The translations under genes and the position numbers were made by a program. A stretch of DNA of 64,000 bases from Escherichia coli (GTDB taxonomy: Bacteria > Pseudomonadota > Gammaproteobacteria > Enterobacterales > Enterobacteriaceae): NCBI RefSeq assembly GCF_001677475.2, contig NZ_CP015229.1; one strand, written 5' to 3'. Shown piece after piece: positions 61,279 to 64,000 of the stretch. The notes under the pieces were generated by a model that did no database searches, had not been told where the DNA came from, and saw nothing but the letters and a program-made list of their open reading frames with translations. Positions within the stretch are counted from its first letter, which is position 1. Each line of letters opens with the position of its first letter.

Positions 61279-62268
61279 TTACTTACCGCCTAAACCTTTT
61301 TTCTCCAGTTCTTCTTTAAAGTTGTCACGCGTGATCAGCACCACGTCGGTAACTTCGGTGAATTTGGTCGGTTCAACACCTTTTGCTACCCAGTTGTAAA
61401 GCATTTCGCTGGACTTATAACCATGTACGTCCGGGCTTGGCAACAGGGAACCGTAGAAGCCGGTTGCCTGTGCCTTAGACAGTTCGCTCACCGCATCCAC
61501 ACCGTTAATACCGATACCGATGATATCGGCCGCTTTAAAGCCCTGACCTTCCGTCGCGCGTACGCCGCCCAGCACGGTGCTGTCGTTCATACCGACGATC
61601 AGCCAATGTTTAACTTCCGGATGTTGAACCAGCATTGAGTTGGCAGCGTCAAATGCCCCGGGGATGTCGTTAGATTTGGTAGGTACCTGATAAATTTGTT
61701 TTTCCGGGAATCCTGCAGCTTTCAGCGCATCCATAGAACCCGTAGTACGGCGACGAGCCGTATCCAGTTCGTTGGAGGTAATCGCCATCACCGCGCTTTC
61801 TTTGACATCCCAGCCACGTTTCTGCATCTCTTTATACAGTTCCTGGCCCTGACGTTCGCCAATTTTGGTCGCCGCCATCATCACCAGAGGAACGGTATCC
61901 ATTGGCTTACCTTTGGCGTTAACAAACTGGTCATCCACGGCAATGACTTTCATATCGTAGCCACGCGCTTTCGCCACGATGGCAGAACCGAGTTTGGGGT
62001 CCGGAGTACAAATAACGAAACCTTTTGCGCCACTGGCGGCCAGGCTGTCGATCGCGTTCAATGTTTTTTCGCCATCCGGCACGGCAATCTTAATAACTTC
62101 AAACCCTAAATCCTTCCCGGCTTTATCGGCAAACTTCCATTCGGTCTGGAACCACGGCTCTTCCGGTTGCTTCACCAGGAAACCGAGCTTCAGGTTCTCC
62201 GCCATAGCGGATTGTGACATAACGGCTGCCAGACCAATGGCTGCCAGGGCTTTAGTAAATTTGTGCAT
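61279..62268 (-). CDS. araF: L-arabinose periplasmic binding protein
   Basis: 329 aa with signal peptide MHKFTKALAAIGLAAVMSQSAMA. Confidence 0.95.
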   Translation of the reverse strand: MHKFTKALAAIGLAAVMSQSAMAENLKLGFLVKQPEEPWFQTEWKFADKAGKDLGFEVIKIAVPDGEKTLNAIDSLAASGAKGFVICTPDPKLGSAIVAKARGYDMKVIAVDDQFVNAKGKPMDTVPLVMMAATKIGERQGQELYKEMQKRGWDVKESAVMAITSNELDTARRRTTGSMDALKAAGFPEKQIYQVPTKSNDIPGAFDAANSMLVQHPEVKHWLIVGMNDSTVLGGVRATEGQGFKAADIIGIGINGVDAVSELSKAQATGFYGSLLPSPDVHGYKSSEMLYNWVAKGVEPTKFTEVTDVVLITRDNFKEELEKKGLGGK

Positions 62269-62516
62269 GGTTCTCTCCAGCTTTAGTGTCGTTTTGTGTA
62301 GGGCAAAAACGAATGACTTTCGTTAAATTAATCGGAAAACAAAGCATTACCTTTTAACTAAAAGATAAGTGACCGTGTTGACATAGTTTTAGCGAGAAAT
62401 TAATTCTCCATAGGAGAGCAATATCACATCGCAGAATTACAGTGAGAACGTGCATAAATTTAGCGGGAAAAGACATAAGGGAAAGCCAATTTGTCAGACA
62501 AATTGTCGAATGCACA

Positions 62517-62545
62517 GCAGATTAATCCATAAGATTAGCTTGGAA
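62517..62545. promoter_or_regulatory. AraC binding site (araI-like half-sites) in the araFGH promoter region
   Basis: TTAATCCATAAGATTAGCTTGGAAATCCT; the ATCCATAAGATTAGC core closely resembles araI1 of araBAD as I recall it; about 250 bp upstream of the araF start. Confidence 0.5.
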
Positions 62546-63064
62546 ATCCTTGTTGTCTTTGGTACCCATGCGGGATGTCTTCTTTTTAACCACTCAATAG
62601 GCCGCATTACCTGGTGTTGAGTTTTTGAAATGGTGTAATAACCGCAACTCAAAGATGTGGAAAATGCGCGTCATTCATTTCGCCATTAATTATCACCGTG
62701 CTCATTAATTAACAGAACACGTATACTGAGAGCCATATCGCAAAAATGAAAAAACGTTTTAAAAAATCATTGCTTCATCATGAATTCAAATACACCTATT
62801 AATATCAACAAGATACAAAAAGCACCATCATTAAAATTCATTGCAGTTACATTGATTTCATCAATGAAATGTAAAAATATATAAACTTGATGATTTAAGC
62901 ATTTTCTTATACCCGTTCAGACGTTATTCTTATTTCAGATCATCGTCAGAATTGACTCCACGATCACATTTCGGACCGGCAGAAAGGAATTATTCTGCAA
63001 ACAGTAATTATGGTGTTTTGATTTATCTTGCACCTCTCCACTTCTGGATATAAGGATATTAGGT

Positions 63065-63568
63065 ATGGCAACCGCTGGAATGCTTCTCAAACTCAACTCT
63101 CAAATGAACCGCGAGTTTTACGCATCCAATCTCTACCTTCACCTGAGTAACTGGTGTTCTGAACAGAGTCTTAACGGCACCGCCACTTTCCTTCGCGCCC
63201 AGGCACAAAGTAATGTGACCCAAATGATGCGCATGTTTAATTTTATGAAGAGTGTCGGCGCTACCCCCATCGTTAAAGCCATTGATGTTCCCGGTGAAAA
63301 ACTGAACTCTCTGGAAGAACTGTTCCAAAAAACGATGGAAGAATACGAGCAACGTTCAAGCACGCTGGCGCAGTTAGCCGATGAAGCGAAAGAACTGAAT
63401 GATGATTCAACCGTCAATTTCCTGCGCGATCTGGAAAAAGAACAGCAGCATGATGGCCTGTTGCTGCAAACCATTCTTGATGAAGTGCGCAGTGCGAAAC
63501 TTGCGGGTATGTGCCCTGTGCAGACCGACCAACATGTTCTGAATGTCGTGTCGCATCAGCTGCATTGA
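63065..63568 (+). CDS. ftnB: Ferritin-like protein FtnB
   Basis: 167 aa; [31 protein letters not shown]. Confidence 0.93.
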   Translation: MATAGMLLKLNSQMNREFYASNLYLHLSNWCSEQSLNGTATFLRAQAQSNVTQMMRMFNFMKSVGATPIVKAIDVPGEKLNSLEELFQKTMEEYEQRSSTLAQLADEAKELNDDSTVNFLRDLEKEQQHDGLLLQTILDEVRSAKLAGMCPVQTDQHVLNVVSHQLH

Positions 63569-63610
63569 TCATACATCGGCGCTAATGCATTGCGCCGATG
63601 AAGTTTTTGA

Positions 63611-63648
63611 GAAACCGCTGCCTCATCTTTTTGAAGCAGCGGTTTTTT
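63611..63648. terminator. Bidirectional rho-independent terminator between ftnB and yecJ
   Basis: AAACCGCTGC-CTCATCTTTTTGAA-GCAGCGGTTTTTT; overlaps the yecJ stop codon. Confidence 0.75.
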
Positions 63649-63898
63649 AATGGGATTCGCCCTGTGGGGTAAACTTGAGTTCAATCAGCGCGATGGCTTT
63701 TTGGATTGCCCGCATGGTGACCGGGTCTGCGGCGGCGGGATGGTTAGTAAAGTTGATATTCTTCAGCTGGCTGGACATTTTTTCGCGAACTTCAACGGGC
63801 GCGATTACATCGAGAACATCCAGAATTTGTTTGATAACCAACTGGCAAGCAACCACATCAGAAACCAGTTCCTGATCGGCATTCAGCGGCTGGGACAT
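63647..63898 (-). CDS. yecJ: DUF2766-family small protein
   Basis: 83 aa; [24 protein letters not shown]. Confidence 0.85.
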   Translation of the reverse strand: MSQPLNADQELVSDVVACQLVIKQILDVLDVIAPVEVREKMSSQLKNINFTNHPAAADPVTMRAIQKAIALIELKFTPQGESH

Positions 63899-64000
63899 CG
63901 TAAACTCCTGATAGCATTTTGAAAGCCGTTATAGTAGCGGCTTCACATCTTCAGCGATAGTCACATCCACCGTCATCAGGACACAAAAAAACCTGCCGGA

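Noticed and set aside
62746-62802. 18-codon ORF (MKKRFKKSLLHHEFKYTY) in the AT-rich araF-ftnB intergenic region
   Set aside because: No Shine-Dalgarno sequence at the right spacing, and AT-rich DNA generates Lys/Phe-rich ORFs by chance. Retained only as a low-priority note inside the araF-ftnB finding.

Overview
This window reads as a contiguous, gene-dense stretch of Escherichia coli core chromosome (identified by recognising the encoded proteins and gene order from memory, not by a database search). It runs from the 5' part of pphA through sdsR/ryeA, yebY-yebZ-yobA, holE, yobB, exoX, ptrB, yebE/F/G, purT, the Entner-Doudoroff block eda-edd-zwf, hexR, pykA, lpxM, mepM, znuA/znuCB, ruvB-ruvA, yebB, ruvC-yebC-nudB, aspS, yecD-yecE, yecN, cmoA-cmoB, torZ-torY, cutC, yecM and argS. 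It then covers the whole flagellar/chemotaxis block (flhE-flhA-flhB, cheZ-cheY-cheB-cheR, tap, tar, cheW-cheA, motB-motA, flhC-flhD), followed by uspC, otsA-otsB, araH-araG-araF, ftnB and yecJ. All 64 protein genes are intact and at their canonical lengths once start codons are corrected from the six-frame track (several use GTG). I found no rRNA, tRNA, CRISPR array, IS element, integrase or prophage remnant, and synteny is uninterrupted. I do not see an undescribed system here; the findings are modest. The two most informative are structural differences from the K-12 reference as I remember it: a compact argS-flhE junction with no yecT, and an flhDC regulatory region free of IS insertions. 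The remainder are known regulatory sites I could read directly (LexA, PurR, Zur, CRP, sigma-28, AraC-like), REP/BIME repeats, terminators and one low-GC gene (yebB).
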